NCBI GenBank assembly: GCA_025059805.1 | Contig: JANXDG010000050.1 | Coordinates: 18,157 to 82,156 of the forward strand | Direction: 5' to 3' | DNA length: 64,000 nt | Source: Endomicrobiia bacterium | GTDB lineage: Bacteria; Elusimicrobiota; Endomicrobiia; DTEH01 | In this document: one piece after another, positions 18,545 through 29,010 of the stretch | How the letters are laid out: the number at the start of each line of letters is the position of its first letter | Numbering within the stretch: the stretch's first letter is position 1 | Position numbers and translations under genes: made by a program | Notes under the pieces: model-generated | What the model saw: the letters and a program-made list of their open reading frames with translations, nothing else | Told to the model about the DNA's origin: nothing | Databases searched by the model: none

Positions 18545-19210
18545 CTATAACTTAGAAACATCTATTCTTGGATAACCAATATCAGCAACAACAACTTTAC
18601 CTAAAAATAGCTTTGTGGTTTTCTTCACAAAACCTTTTTTTAATGCTCCCATCGTAATAGTATAATCAGCCTTTACAGCTAATCCTAACACATCACCTGT
18701 GTCAGCATTAATCCCTGAAGGAATATCAATAGCAAAAACAACCTTTTTTGAATTATTAATTAACCCTATAGCGTCACGAAATACACCTTCAACATCACGT
18801 GATAATCCAATACCGAAAATCGCATCTATTATAACATCGCTTGTACTAAGTAATTTTTTAATTTTTGCCTGTTCAAAATTCTGTATCGTAATACCTAACC
18901 GTTTTAAAATTTTATAATTTATCAGAGTATCACCTTTATATTTCTTTTCTGGTATAAACTTAACTACTACAACTTTGAATCCAAAAATAGATAAATATCT
19001 TGCACAAACAAAACCGTCCCCACCGTTCTTTCCAGGACCACAAAAAACTATAACATTATGAAGATCGTTTTTTATCATATACTTTCTAATGAACTCGGCG
19101 GATAACCGTCCCGCGTTCTCCATCAAAATTATTGATGGTATCAAAAATTTTTCCGTAGCAAGTTTGTCAAGTTTATAAATTTCTTCCGAAGTAAGATAAT
19201 ATTTTTTCAT
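18545..19210 (-). CDS. nnrE: NAD(P)H-hydrate epimerase (stand-alone YjeF_N)
   Basis: LMENAG, GPGKNGGDG, DAIFGIG and DIPSG. Confidence 0.9.
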   Translation of the reverse strand: MKKYYLTSEEIYKLDKLATEKFLIPSIILMENAGRLSAEFIRKYMIKNDLHNVIVFCGPGKNGGDGFVCARYLSIFGFKVVVVKFIPEKKYKGDTLINYKILKRLGITIQNFEQAKIKKLLSTSDVIIDAIFGIGLSRDVEGVFRDAIGLINNSKKVVFAIDIPSGINADTGDVLGLAVKADYTITMGALKKGFVKKTTKLFLGKVVVADIGYPRIDVSKL

Positions 19211-19233
19211 AATTAGAGAGTTTTAGGATTTTC

Positions 19234-20964
19234 CTATCTACGCTTCTTTAAAAATTTACAAAGTTGAGAATACGACATTGTATTAACCACATCTTTTTTC
19301 TCAAGCCAGCCACGACGTGCTACATATACACCTAAAATAAGATATTCCATTTGTGAGATATGATGTGCATCAGTTCCAATTGAAAGCATTACACCATGTT
19401 CCTTCGCATATTTTGAATTTACATCATCTAAGTCAAGCCGTTCCGGGAAAGCGTTTATTTCAAGCATAACATCATTTTTGCCAGCGTATTCTATTATTTT
19501 GGAGATATTAACTCTGTAAGGAGAACGTTTATTTAATAATCTTCCGGTAGGATGTGAAATAGAGTGAACATATTTATTATCAATAGCGCGCATAATACGT
19601 TCAGTAATTTGTTCTTCTGACTGTTTAAACCCTGTATGTATTGCTGCTATTACAAAATCTAACTCTTTCAAAACATCGTCGGGATAATCAAGTTTACCAT
19701 CAGAGGTTATATCAACTTCTTGTCCACAAAGGATTTTTACTTTACTTGTCTTATTTATATTTCTTATTTCATCAATTTTCTTATACAAATCCTTAATTGA
19801 AACACCACCTGCTACTTTCAAACTTTGTGAATGGTCACATATTATAATCCATTCATAACCTAATTTTTCTGCATACTCTACAATTTCTTTTATTGTATTT
19901 GTTCCATCTGAGTATTTTGAATGAATATGAGTATCACCTTTGATATCTTTCATCTCTAACAATTTAGGTAGTTCACCTTTTAATGCATATTCAATTTCTC
20001 CCCTATCTTCTCTTAACTCCGGCTCTATATATTGTAAGTCTAAAATTTTATAAATTTCTTCTTCAGTTCTGCCACAGATAGGTTTATCTTTTCTACCAAT
20101 CTTAAACACTCCATATTCGCTAAGAGTTAATCCTTTCTTATTTGCAATTTCTCTTAAATGAATGTTATGTTGCTTTGAACCTGTAAAATACTGCAATGCA
20201 GCACCGTATACTTCTTTTGGTACAACTCTAAGGTCTACCTGAATGTTGGAATCTGTCAATATACTTCCTTTAGTGTCACCGCTTGCCATCACTTTTTTTA
20301 CCATAGGCAATTTTGTAAATTTTTCAATTATATATTTTTCCTTCCCTGGTACAACACAACATAGAATATCTATATCACCTATGGTTTCCTTTCTTCTACG
20401 GAGAGAACCACAAGGATCTATGTTTACTACCTCTTTGTTTTTCTTTATCTCTTTTAATATCTCTTCAACAGTTTTCAACGCGTCAAACAACAGTAATCTT
20501 TGTTCCGAAACTGACAAAAGTTGTATCCCTTCAACAATATTTTGTTCAACCTTTTCCCCAAAACCGGGTAAATTCCTCAACATACCTTTCTGTGCATATT
20601 CTTTAAGAGTTTGTATATCTTTCACCCCGAGTTTTTCATAAATAAGACGAACACGTTTTGGTCCTAACCCAGGTATTCGTAACATATCAAATATTCCTTC
20701 GGGGAACTTTGATTTAAGTTCTTCTAAACGTTTAATTTTGCCTGTTTCAAAATACTCTACAATTTTTTCTGCTATACTTTTCCCAACACCAGGAATTGAT
20801 GAAAGCTTATCAAAATTTTTTGCTAAATCCTCAATAGCTTCAGGTAACGATTCTATCACCTGTGCTGCTTTTTCATAAGCACGAACTTTGAATGGATTTT
20901 CATCAGTTAAACTCAAAAGTTGTGCTATAAGATAAAACTGTTCTGCAACTTCTTTATTTCTCAT
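19234..20964 (-). CDS. polX: DNA polymerase X with PHP domain
   Basis: HhH motifs, GSLRR, GDID, VDLR and FTGSK; PHP HIHS..SDG and TDAH. Confidence 0.95.
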   Translation of the reverse strand: MRNKEVAEQFYLIAQLLSLTDENPFKVRAYEKAAQVIESLPEAIEDLAKNFDKLSSIPGVGKSIAEKIVEYFETGKIKRLEELKSKFPEGIFDMLRIPGLGPKRVRLIYEKLGVKDIQTLKEYAQKGMLRNLPGFGEKVEQNIVEGIQLLSVSEQRLLLFDALKTVEEILKEIKKNKEVVNIDPCGSLRRRKETIGDIDILCCVVPGKEKYIIEKFTKLPMVKKVMASGDTKGSILTDSNIQVDLRVVPKEVYGAALQYFTGSKQHNIHLREIANKKGLTLSEYGVFKIGRKDKPICGRTEEEIYKILDLQYIEPELREDRGEIEYALKGELPKLLEMKDIKGDTHIHSKYSDGTNTIKEIVEYAEKLGYEWIIICDHSQSLKVAGGVSIKDLYKKIDEIRNINKTSKVKILCGQEVDITSDGKLDYPDDVLKELDFVIAAIHTGFKQSEEQITERIMRAIDNKYVHSISHPTGRLLNKRSPYRVNISKIIEYAGKNDVMLEINAFPERLDLDDVNSKYAKEHGVMLSIGTDAHHISQMEYLILGVYVARRGWLEKKDVVNTMSYSQLCKFLKKRR

Positions 20965-20966
20965 AA

Positions 20967-21038
20967 AGTTAGTTGTTTAGGCGTTTAGTTGTTTAGGCGT
21001 TTAGGCATTTAGGCGTTTAGTTGCTTGAATGTTTAGGA
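20967..21038. repeat. Octamer tandem repeat (GTTTAGGC/GTTTAGTT)n
   Basis: About 9 units fill the whole DUF72-polX intergenic gap. Confidence 0.9.
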
Positions 21039-21779
21039 TATTATTTGAGTAAACCTTATTGCATCATCGTACATTGTAGAGTTGTTAAACATTACATAAT
21101 TAAGATTTTTATCACATAACTTATAAACTTTTTTAAGTTCTTCATCAGTAAATTGATAGTTATAATCAAGCCGATTACCTATGTGTAAACCATGTAAGCG
21201 ATAGTATCTATATTCTCCGTAATAAGATCTACCATATAATGGATCAACACAATGAATCAGATTTAATTCACTTGCAATTTTTCTTATAACCTTTTCATTC
21301 CATTCTTCGCCACGAAGTTCTATTATAAAATCAAAATTATACTTTTGTCTATCCTTTTGTACTTTTTTAAAGAAATTATAAAGATTTTTTAAATTCATAT
21401 CTCCAGGTGTAAAACTTGACGGACATTGAAATAAAATTTTTCTACATCCAAGTGCTACTGCAAAATCTTTTGTTCGTTGCCAAGCAGTTAAAACTTCATC
21501 TGTCAGCATAAAAAATCCATAGTTTTTTGGTTCACCAAGTTTTTCTTTCATCCTGCGGTAAGTAAACGATGTTGCTTTATGTGTGATAACTTGCCATGCT
21601 TTAATAATAAACTCAAAATTAGGATTTCGTTCCTCTGCTTCCTTTCTCCATCGTAATGCTGATTTTACTGGCGGCAGTTGATAAAATGTTGAATTAATCT
21701 CAATACAAGGAAATTCTTCATAATATTTTTTTTGTGCGATAGGGAAACCACAACATCCTATCATTATTGTTTTCTTCAT
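21033..21779 (-). CDS. DUF72 family protein
   Basis: GCCGF, EINSTFY, FQCPSSF, YYRLHG and YVMFNN. Confidence 0.85.
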   Translation of the reverse strand: MKKTIMIGCCGFPIAQKKYYEEFPCIEINSTFYQLPPVKSALRWRKEAEERNPNFEFIIKAWQVITHKATSFTYRRMKEKLGEPKNYGFFMLTDEVLTAWQRTKDFAVALGCRKILFQCPSSFTPGDMNLKNLYNFFKKVQKDRQKYNFDFIIELRGEEWNEKVIRKIASELNLIHCVDPLYGRSYYGEYRYYRLHGLHIGNRLDYNYQFTDEELKKVYKLCDKNLNYVMFNNSTMYDDAIRFTQIIS

Positions 21780-21829
21780 GTATTGAATTTTTTATACAAA
21801 ATTTCTACAAAACTTACAACCAGAAACTC

Positions 21830-22645
21830 ATGAAAGTGAGTCGATTAATTGTTTCCATTTTTGTTTCTCTTATAATATTTAACATACATTTATCTGCATT
21901 CAACTTTTTAATTAATATCATCTACGGCATACTTCCGCAACCAATACGTAGCGCATTTAAAGGTGAAGGATTACAAATTGACCAGTTTGAATACGGATTC
22001 GGCAATTGTAACTTCTCATCATTAGGTTATCTCCAATCTGAAATAGACCACAGAGAGGGCACTCTTATTACTGAAGAAGAAGGTAAGTTCAAATTTAGTG
22101 TTCCAACTTATTATCTCTACGGAGGGTACATCGCACATGTATCAACACCAATACTAACAGTTATCTATCCTGGCTGGCAGTTAGAGACTGAACTTGGTTA
22201 TGGCGGTGTCGCATATAGTGTTAGGCTAAGAGAAAAAAATCAACAGTTTTTTGTAACAGGTACTTCTGGTTTCAACTGGCGCGTGTTTAAATCAAACAAA
22301 ATTACTGCTAACTTACTTACAGGATATAAACTGCATTATTTACTCAAAGAACTTCTTTATTATGGTATACAAATAGGCAATAGCATAACAAAAAAATTCT
22401 CTCTCTCCTTTGAATATTACACCACTTATAGAGGTGGTAACTTTTTTATATTTTTTGGAGAGCCAACTCGCACTGTCTCTAAAGAAACTCATTATTTACT
22501 AAGTTCAAACTTTATCCTGTCAAAGAAATACCTTCTTAAAGCCAGTGTTATGTACAAACAATGGTATAAAAAAGAATTTAGACAACCTGAAGTTGAAGAA
22601 AAACTCAACTTATACGGTATTGTTCTTGCGCTAATCAGTAAATAA
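21830..22645 (+). CDS. Hypothetical secreted or outer-membrane beta-barrel-like protein
   Basis: Signal peptide from MKVSR; aromatic/Gly-rich amphipathic strands. Confidence 0.55.
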   Translation: MKVSRLIVSIFVSLIIFNIHLSAFNFLINIIYGILPQPIRSAFKGEGLQIDQFEYGFGNCNFSSLGYLQSEIDHREGTLITEEEGKFKFSVPTYYLYGGYIAHVSTPILTVIYPGWQLETELGYGGVAYSVRLREKNQQFFVTGTSGFNWRVFKSNKITANLLTGYKLHYLLKELLYYGIQIGNSITKKFSLSFEYYTTYRGGNFFIFFGEPTRTVSKETHYLLSSNFILSKKYLLKASVMYKQWYKKEFRQPEVEEKLNLYGIVLALISK

Positions 22646-22646
22646 C

Positions 22647-23234
22647 CTAATTAACTGTTAGATTTTCAGTTTCTTTTTTCCCTTCTAAATGGAATAGTTT
22701 ACACACAATTTTGAAAATTAGATAACCTAATATAATACCTAATATCGCTCCAAAAATTACATCCGAAGGATAATGAACTCCTACATATATACGAGAAAAT
22801 GCCGACATAAACGCAACAACATATGCTATTATGGTATAGAAAGGATTTCTAAAGAATAACATAATTAATGTAGCTGCAGTAAAAGAATTGACAGCGTGTG
22901 AAGACGGGAACGATGGCCCTCCAGAAGATACCAATTTGTAAACATCAGGTAAGACCTCATATGGTCTTTGACGAAGGAATATATGTTTAAGTATTTTACT
23001 ACTTAGTATATCCGATAATGTAACAGCAACAATAATTGTCCACCCAGCAACACGAACTTTATATTTAGACGAGAAAACCATTAATAACCATAAAATCAGA
23101 AAAACGATGTAAAAATTTCTAACATCTGTAACGAATGGCATTAAAAAGTCAAAGAAATCATTTTTTATGTCATGATTTATAAAATAGAAAAGATTTATAT
23201 CAAGCAATTTTAAAAATTCTAACACCAATCTCAC
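22647..23234 (-). CDS. PAP2 family phosphatase
   Basis: K...RQRP, SFPSSH and SRIYVGVHYPSD. Confidence 0.92.
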   Translation of the reverse strand: MRLVLEFLKLLDINLFYFINHDIKNDFFDFLMPFVTDVRNFYIVFLILWLLMVFSSKYKVRVAGWTIIVAVTLSDILSSKILKHIFLRQRPYEVLPDVYKLVSSGGPSFPSSHAVNSFTAATLIMLFFRNPFYTIIAYVVAFMSAFSRIYVGVHYPSDVIFGAILGIILGYLIFKIVCKLFHLEGKKETENLTVN

Positions 23235-23251
23235 CCCTACTAAAATGCAAT

Positions 23252-24244
23252 TTATTGTTTTGACGAAAAATGTTCGGTAAGTTTCTGGATGATATCGTCT
23301 GATTTTAACCCTTCAGCCATCGCTTGAAAATTAAGTATTATACGATGACGAAGTGCTGGAAACATCACTTCGTTAACATCTTCTACGCTGACCGTGGTAT
23401 GTCCTTTAAGTAACGCAGTAGTTTTCGCAGCTAATGTAAGTGTTTGTTGAGCTCTCGGGCCACAACCCCATTGGACATATTTCTTCACAAAGTCAGGTGA
23501 GGATTGTTCCTTTGGTCTTGTTGCTCTCACAATGTCTATTATATAATCCATCACATATTCTGTAATTGGGACCTTACGTACAAAACTTTGTATGTTTAAT
23601 ATTTCATCTTGAGTCGTAACTTTTTTAACTTCTGTTTCAACAGTACCTGTTGTTCTATATAAAATTTCTTTTTCTTCGTCTTTTGATGGATAATCAATGT
23701 TGATTTGGAAGAAAAACCTGTCAAGCTGAGCTTCAGGTAAAGGATAAGTACCTTCCTGTTCTATAGGATTTTGTGTAGCAAGTACAAAAAATGGTCGTGG
23801 CAGTTCATATGTTATACCGTTAACCGTTACTTTATATTCCTGCATTGCTTGTAATAATGCAGACTGTGTTTTTGGCGGTGTCCTGTTAATTTCGTCAGCT
23901 AAAACAATATTAGCAAACACTGGTCCAGCAAGAAATCTATAATGTCTTTTCTTAGTAATAGGGTCTTCTTCAATAACTTCAGTACCTGTAATATCTGATG
24001 GCATTAAATCAGGTGTAAACTGTATCCTGCTAAATTTCAAATCTAAAACATCAGCAAGGGTGTGAACTATCATAGTTTTTGCAAGACCAGGTACGCCAAC
24101 TATCAAACAGTGCCCTTTAGAGAGCAAAGCAATCACTAACTCTTTTATGACCTGTTTCTGACCAACAATTCTTTTACCAATTTCATTAATAATTAGATTA
24201 AACTTTTCAACAACCTCTCGTTGGAATTCTAAATCTGTTACCAT
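23252..24244 (-). CDS. MoxR family AAA+ ATPase
   Basis: GVPGLAKT, RIQFTPDLMPSD, DEINR and ATQNPIEQEGTYPLPEAQLDRF. Confidence 0.95.
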   Translation of the reverse strand: MVTDLEFQREVVEKFNLIINEIGKRIVGQKQVIKELVIALLSKGHCLIVGVPGLAKTMIVHTLADVLDLKFSRIQFTPDLMPSDITGTEVIEEDPITKKRHYRFLAGPVFANIVLADEINRTPPKTQSALLQAMQEYKVTVNGITYELPRPFFVLATQNPIEQEGTYPLPEAQLDRFFFQINIDYPSKDEEKEILYRTTGTVETEVKKVTTQDEILNIQSFVRKVPITEYVMDYIIDIVRATRPKEQSSPDFVKKYVQWGCGPRAQQTLTLAAKTTALLKGHTTVSVEDVNEVMFPALRHRIILNFQAMAEGLKSDDIIQKLTEHFSSKQ

Positions 24245-24268
24245 TGTTCTGCCCTTTAGAAATCTTTT

Positions 24269-25957
24269 TTACATTCGTTCAGGCGCTGAAATACCTAAAA
24301 TATTTAATGAGTTATTAAATATAATTTTTGTAGCCATAACCAATAACAGTCTTGGATAAATTACCACATTACTTTTTTCTATTACACGACATCTTTCGTA
24401 AAACTTATGAAAAATTCGTGCTAAGTCAATAAGGTAATTACAAAGGTGATGTAAAGAAAGTGCCCCAGCACATAATTCTAATGTATCTTTATAAAAACAT
24501 AATTTTCTTATCAATACAATTTCTTCATCAGTAAAGTTATCATAATTTTCTAATAAATCAAAATATATCTCAGGATGTGATTCAATATCGCTTACATTTA
24601 TAATGTCTCCAACTTCTCTAATAATACCACAACAACGAGTATGTGCATACTGAATATAGTACACAGGATTTTTTAATGAATGTTCTTTTGCTAAGTCAAG
24701 GTCAAAATCAAGATGTGCATTTGGAGATTTTGTTAATAGAAAAAACCGTGTTACATCTGTTCCAACTTCGGCTATGACTTCATCTAAGGTGACAAACTTA
24801 CCCTCACGAGTTGACATTGCTACTCTCTGCCCACCTTTAATTAAAGATACCAATTGATATAGTAAAATGTCTAATTTTACATTTTTACCAATACTATCAA
24901 AGATTACCTTGCATGCACTCTTTAACCGTTCAACATATCCATGGTGATCTGTCCCCCAGATGTTTATAAGCCAGTTGAAGTTACGCTGTACTTTGTTATA
25001 ATGATATATTATATCGCTAAAAAAATATGTTGGTTCACCAGTTGACTTTATTATTACTCTATCTTTATCATCTGTCAATTCAGCTGATTTAAACCAGACC
25101 GCACCATCTTTTGTTTCTACTAACTTATTTTGGTACATCAGTTGATTAATTTCGTCAACTAGTTTTGTCTCATATAGTGAAGTTTCATAAATATAATTAT
25201 CAAAATTTACATTAAACTTTTTTAAAGACAATTCAATCTCGCCCATAATTGTGTCCACTATAAACTTTTTTACATCGTTGATGTTACTTTCACTTATTTT
25301 ACCAAATTTATCTTGTAATTTCGCAGCAAGTCCTTTAATATACTCTCCTTTATATTTCGTCTCCTTCACAACATCTTCTGACCATAGACGAATTTTTTCA
25401 TCCACAATTTCGTACTTTTGTTCTATTAACGTGTACACAACAGATGCTGTTAATACATCTATTTGCCTACCTCTATCATTTACATAGTACTCTTTTTGCA
25501 CATTATAACCTAATTTTCTTAACAAATTTCCTAAAACATCACCCAAAACTGCACATCTTCCGTGACCTATATGTAAAGGTCCTGTAGGATTTGCAGATAC
25601 AAATTCTATTAGTACTTTTTCATCTTTTGTGTCAACTTTCGGATATTTCTTCTGCTGAATTAAAATCTGTTTAAGTTCTTCATAAAAAATTACTTTTGAC
25701 AATACTATATTTATAAACCCAGGTGAAGAAAAAGTTAATTCTTTAAACATATAATCCCTAAAGTTATAAAAACAGTAATCCTTAACTTTCCCAAAAACTT
25801 CTTCTGGTGAAACACCGTATTTTTTGGAAACAACAATAGGTAAGTTACTTGCAAGATCAGCTTTTATTTCTGAAGGAGGTTCGTTAACATCAAATTGTAC
25901 ATTCCATCCAAAATTAGTAATAGCTTCATTTAGAACCTTTAACACTTTTTCTTTCAT
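24269..25957 (-). CDS. argS: Arginine--tRNA ligase
   Basis: EFVSANPTGPLHIGHGR, MSTR and YIQYAH. Confidence 0.97.
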   Translation of the reverse strand: MKEKVLKVLNEAITNFGWNVQFDVNEPPSEIKADLASNLPIVVSKKYGVSPEEVFGKVKDYCFYNFRDYMFKELTFSSPGFINIVLSKVIFYEELKQILIQQKKYPKVDTKDEKVLIEFVSANPTGPLHIGHGRCAVLGDVLGNLLRKLGYNVQKEYYVNDRGRQIDVLTASVVYTLIEQKYEIVDEKIRLWSEDVVKETKYKGEYIKGLAAKLQDKFGKISESNINDVKKFIVDTIMGEIELSLKKFNVNFDNYIYETSLYETKLVDEINQLMYQNKLVETKDGAVWFKSAELTDDKDRVIIKSTGEPTYFFSDIIYHYNKVQRNFNWLINIWGTDHHGYVERLKSACKVIFDSIGKNVKLDILLYQLVSLIKGGQRVAMSTREGKFVTLDEVIAEVGTDVTRFFLLTKSPNAHLDFDLDLAKEHSLKNPVYYIQYAHTRCCGIIREVGDIINVSDIESHPEIYFDLLENYDNFTDEEIVLIRKLCFYKDTLELCAGALSLHHLCNYLIDLARIFHKFYERCRVIEKSNVVIYPRLLLVMATKIIFNNSLNILGISAPERM

Positions 25958-26324
25958 AACTCACTCTTTTACCTTTACTCCAGACCTTTTCAAGCGCATA
26001 GAAATCACGTACCTCTGGCAACATTATGTGTACTACAACACTAATGTAATCTATTATTACCCATCGTTTGTATTCTATACCTTCAGTGTGATGAGGTAGT
26101 ATTTTAAACTTAGTCTTAATATTAGCAAGAATGTGTTGTAACAGAGCTTCAGTATGTGTTTCTGCTTGTGCTGACATTATAACAAAATAATCACAAAAAC
26201 TACTCACTTTTTTAAGATCAAGGATGATAACATCTTGCGCTTTTTTATTAATGGCAAGTTTTGCTATATTTTTTGCTAAGGTAAGAGAAGTTATCCTTTT
26301 TACATTTTTGGTTTTAGTTTTTAT
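25926..26324 (-). CDS. rsfS: Ribosome silencing factor (probable ATA start at 26324)
   Basis: KKAQDVIILDL..VSSFCDYFVI, EG...WVIIDY..VVVHIM...RDFYALEKVW; the conserved N-terminus extends upstream of the GTG. Confidence 0.9.
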   Translation of the reverse strand: MKTKTKNVKRITSLTLAKNIAKLAINKKAQDVIILDLKKVSSFCDYFVIMSAQAETHTEALLQHILANIKTKFKILPHHTEGIEYKRWVIIDYISVVVHIMLPEVRDFYALEKVWSKGKRVSYERKSVKGSK

Positions 26325-26342
26325 CCCTTTTCCTCCTCTCTA

Positions 26343-27569
26343 CTATCCAGAAATTTTTGATGTAATTTCAAACATAGGTAAATACATAGCTACTACCATA
26401 CCACCTACAACAACAGCAAGAAAAACTATGATTAAAGGTTCAATCATACCGGTTAAACCTTCAATAGCAGCAGAAACTTCACTGTCGTAAAAATCAGCAA
26501 TTTTGGTCAGCATAGTATCTAACGCACCTGTTTCTTCACCAACAGCAATCATTTGTACAACCATTGGCGGAAATACACCGCTTTTCTTTAACGGTTCAGC
26601 AATACGTTCACCTTCACGAATTGACTCTCGTGCTTCTAAAATCGTCTTTTCTATAAGTTTATTGCCTGCAGTTTTAGCTACAGTTTCCATAGCCTGAAGA
26701 ATTGGTACTCCTGAACGAACCAAGGTAGCTAATGTCCTTGTAAACTTTGCAATCGCGGTTTTCTTTATAACATCGCCAAAAATTGGTGCGTTAAGTAAAA
26801 AAGTATCTACCTTTAATGCAAATTTCACATTTGTTTTATATAATCTTCTAAACACAATAACTATTGCTGCTCCTATCAAAACAAATAACAATATCCATTT
26901 CTTAATAAAAGCCGATAGGTTAACTAACATTTGTGTTGGAGCAGGTAGTTTAGCACCCATCTCTGCAAACAATGCTGCAAATCTCGGCACTACAACCGTC
27001 AACATTACAATTGCAGCACCTACAGCTACAACAGATACTATAATTGGATACATCATTGCACTTTTAATTTTTGATTTCAACTCCTGCGTAGCTTCCAAAT
27101 ATAAAGATAACCTATCAAGTACTTGGTCAAGTATACCACCAACTTCTCCAGCATGTACCATACCTATATATAGGTCAGAAAATGCATATGGATGTTTCTT
27201 CATAGCATCAGAAATAGATACACCACTTTCAATATCTGTTCTTATAGATTTTATTACATCTTTAAAAGACGGAGATTCAAATTGGTCTTCAAGGATTGAT
27301 AAACCTTGGACCAAAGGTACACCTGAAGAAACTAAAGTTGCTAACTGTCTTGAAAATATTACAAGATCTGAAAATTTAACTTTTTTCTTAAATATAGGTA
27401 GCTTATTAAGAAATGATTTTATTGTACTCTCTTTAAATTCTTTAACTTCAATTACTGCATATTTAAGATTCCGTAATTTGTCAACAACTTCTCTTGGTGA
27501 TACAGCTTCCACAGTTTCCGTTACAATTTTACCAGTAGGTGTCCTTGCTCTATAAGTATACTTTGGCAT
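26343..27569 (-). CDS. pilC: Type IV pilus platform protein, PilC/GspF family
   Basis: FSRQLATLVSSGVPL, AGEVGG, AMMYP, GEETG and EP. Confidence 0.93.
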   Translation of the reverse strand: MPKYTYRARTPTGKIVTETVEAVSPREVVDKLRNLKYAVIEVKEFKESTIKSFLNKLPIFKKKVKFSDLVIFSRQLATLVSSGVPLVQGLSILEDQFESPSFKDVIKSIRTDIESGVSISDAMKKHPYAFSDLYIGMVHAGEVGGILDQVLDRLSLYLEATQELKSKIKSAMMYPIIVSVVAVGAAIVMLTVVVPRFAALFAEMGAKLPAPTQMLVNLSAFIKKWILLFVLIGAAIVIVFRRLYKTNVKFALKVDTFLLNAPIFGDVIKKTAIAKFTRTLATLVRSGVPILQAMETVAKTAGNKLIEKTILEARESIREGERIAEPLKKSGVFPPMVVQMIAVGEETGALDTMLTKIADFYDSEVSAAIEGLTGMIEPLIIVFLAVVVGGMVVAMYLPMFEITSKISG

Positions 27570-27592
27570 AGCAGTTTTTAAAAAATAAAAAT

Positions 27593-28240
27593 TTACAACT
27601 TTTCTACAATATAAATGTATTCACCATTATCCACATTGGCAGCATTCGCTTCGTCAATATCAAGATGACACTCAGTCGCATATTCTTTTGATACACGGCA
27701 AATTACATCACTGAATATCGTTTCTCGTCCTTTCCCCTTACCAGCTAAAATTCTTACGTAATCTTTGTCTTTTATACCTAACTTTTCTGCATCTTGAGGT
27801 GTAAAATGTATATGCCTTAAAGCAATGATACATCCTTCGTTTAATTCAATCTTACCTTTAGGACCAATGATTATTAATCCTGGAGAACCTGTAAGATTAC
27901 CTGAATCACGTATTGGCGGTTTCACACCTAAGACAAAACTGTCCGTACGAGAAATTTCTATCTGTGTATATTTCCTTAACGGTCCTATAATACGCACATT
28001 CTCAAACTTGCCTTTAGGTCCAACTATCGTCACGGTTTCATTTGCAGCAAACTGTCCCGGCTGCATAAGGTCACGAAGTTTCGTCAGTTCAACATTTGTC
28101 CCAAACAAAATTTCAAAATGTTCTTTTGTTAAATGAACATGCCGATTTGAAACGTTTATTATTATTGGAAATTTTTCAAATTTTTCCATCTGTTGGATTC
28201 TTTGTGTTATTCTTTCTACTAAATCTTTCATATCATTCAT
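27593..28240 (-). CDS. pduL: PduL-type phosphate acyltransferase
   Basis: VSNRHVHL, QPGQFA, RHIH and HLDIDEANA. Confidence 0.9.
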   Translation of the reverse strand: MNDMKDLVERITQRIQQMEKFEKFPIIINVSNRHVHLTKEHFEILFGTNVELTKLRDLMQPGQFAANETVTIVGPKGKFENVRIIGPLRKYTQIEISRTDSFVLGVKPPIRDSGNLTGSPGLIIIGPKGKIELNEGCIIALRHIHFTPQDAEKLGIKDKDYVRILAGKGKGRETIFSDVICRVSKEYATECHLDIDEANAANVDNGEYIYIVEKL

Positions 28241-28254
28241 TATTTATAACAAAC

Positions 28255-29010
28255 TTATTTATCAAACATTACTATTTTGTAAAAACTTTCTGGGTCTAAC
28301 GATGCTCCTCCGACAAGACCACCATCAACATCTTTCTGTGACATTATTCCTTTAAAATTTTCAGGTGTAATAGAACCACCGTATAAAATCCTTACTTTTT
28401 CAGCAACTATGGAACCATAAAGTTCAGCGTATTTCTGTCTTATAAACTGTTGTGCTTCTTGTGCCTGTTGCGGTGTTGCATTTTTACCCGTCCCTATTGC
28501 CCAGACAGGTTCATAAGCTATAACTATCTTTTCTGCATCAAGAGTATTAAGGTTTGCTAACGAACCTCTCACCTGTCTTTCTAAAACTTCAAAAGTTTTA
28601 TTTTGTTCACGTTCTTGTAATGTCTCACCGATACATACTATAGGAATCAAACCAAACTTGATTGCAGTCAATACTTTTTTGTTAACAAATTCATCAGTTT
28701 CATTAAAATATTTACGTCGTTCAGAGTGCCCAAGGATTACATAGTTACATCCTACATCTTTCAACATTACGGGACTTATTTCTCCAGTGTATGCTCCTTT
28801 CTCTTCTATGTACATATTTTGTGCACCAAGTTTAATATTACTACCAAAAAGAAGTTTACCTGCGATGTATAAACCAGTAAACGGTACACAAAGAACAATC
28901 TCTCTGTCAAAATTTTTATCTACTAAAGAAATAAATTTTCTTATATAATCTTCTATTTCAGAGATTATTTTGTGCATTTTCCAGTTTGCTGCTATCAATG
29001 GTTTTCTCAT
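28255..29010 (-). CDS. tpiA: Triosephosphate isomerase
   Basis: ANWKM, GHSERR, AYEPVWAIGTG, YGGS and GLVGGASL. Confidence 0.98.
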   Translation of the reverse strand: MRKPLIAANWKMHKIISEIEDYIRKFISLVDKNFDREIVLCVPFTGLYIAGKLLFGSNIKLGAQNMYIEEKGAYTGEISPVMLKDVGCNYVILGHSERRKYFNETDEFVNKKVLTAIKFGLIPIVCIGETLQEREQNKTFEVLERQVRGSLANLNTLDAEKIVIAYEPVWAIGTGKNATPQQAQEAQQFIRQKYAELYGSIVAEKVRILYGGSITPENFKGIMSQKDVDGGLVGGASLDPESFYKIVMFDK

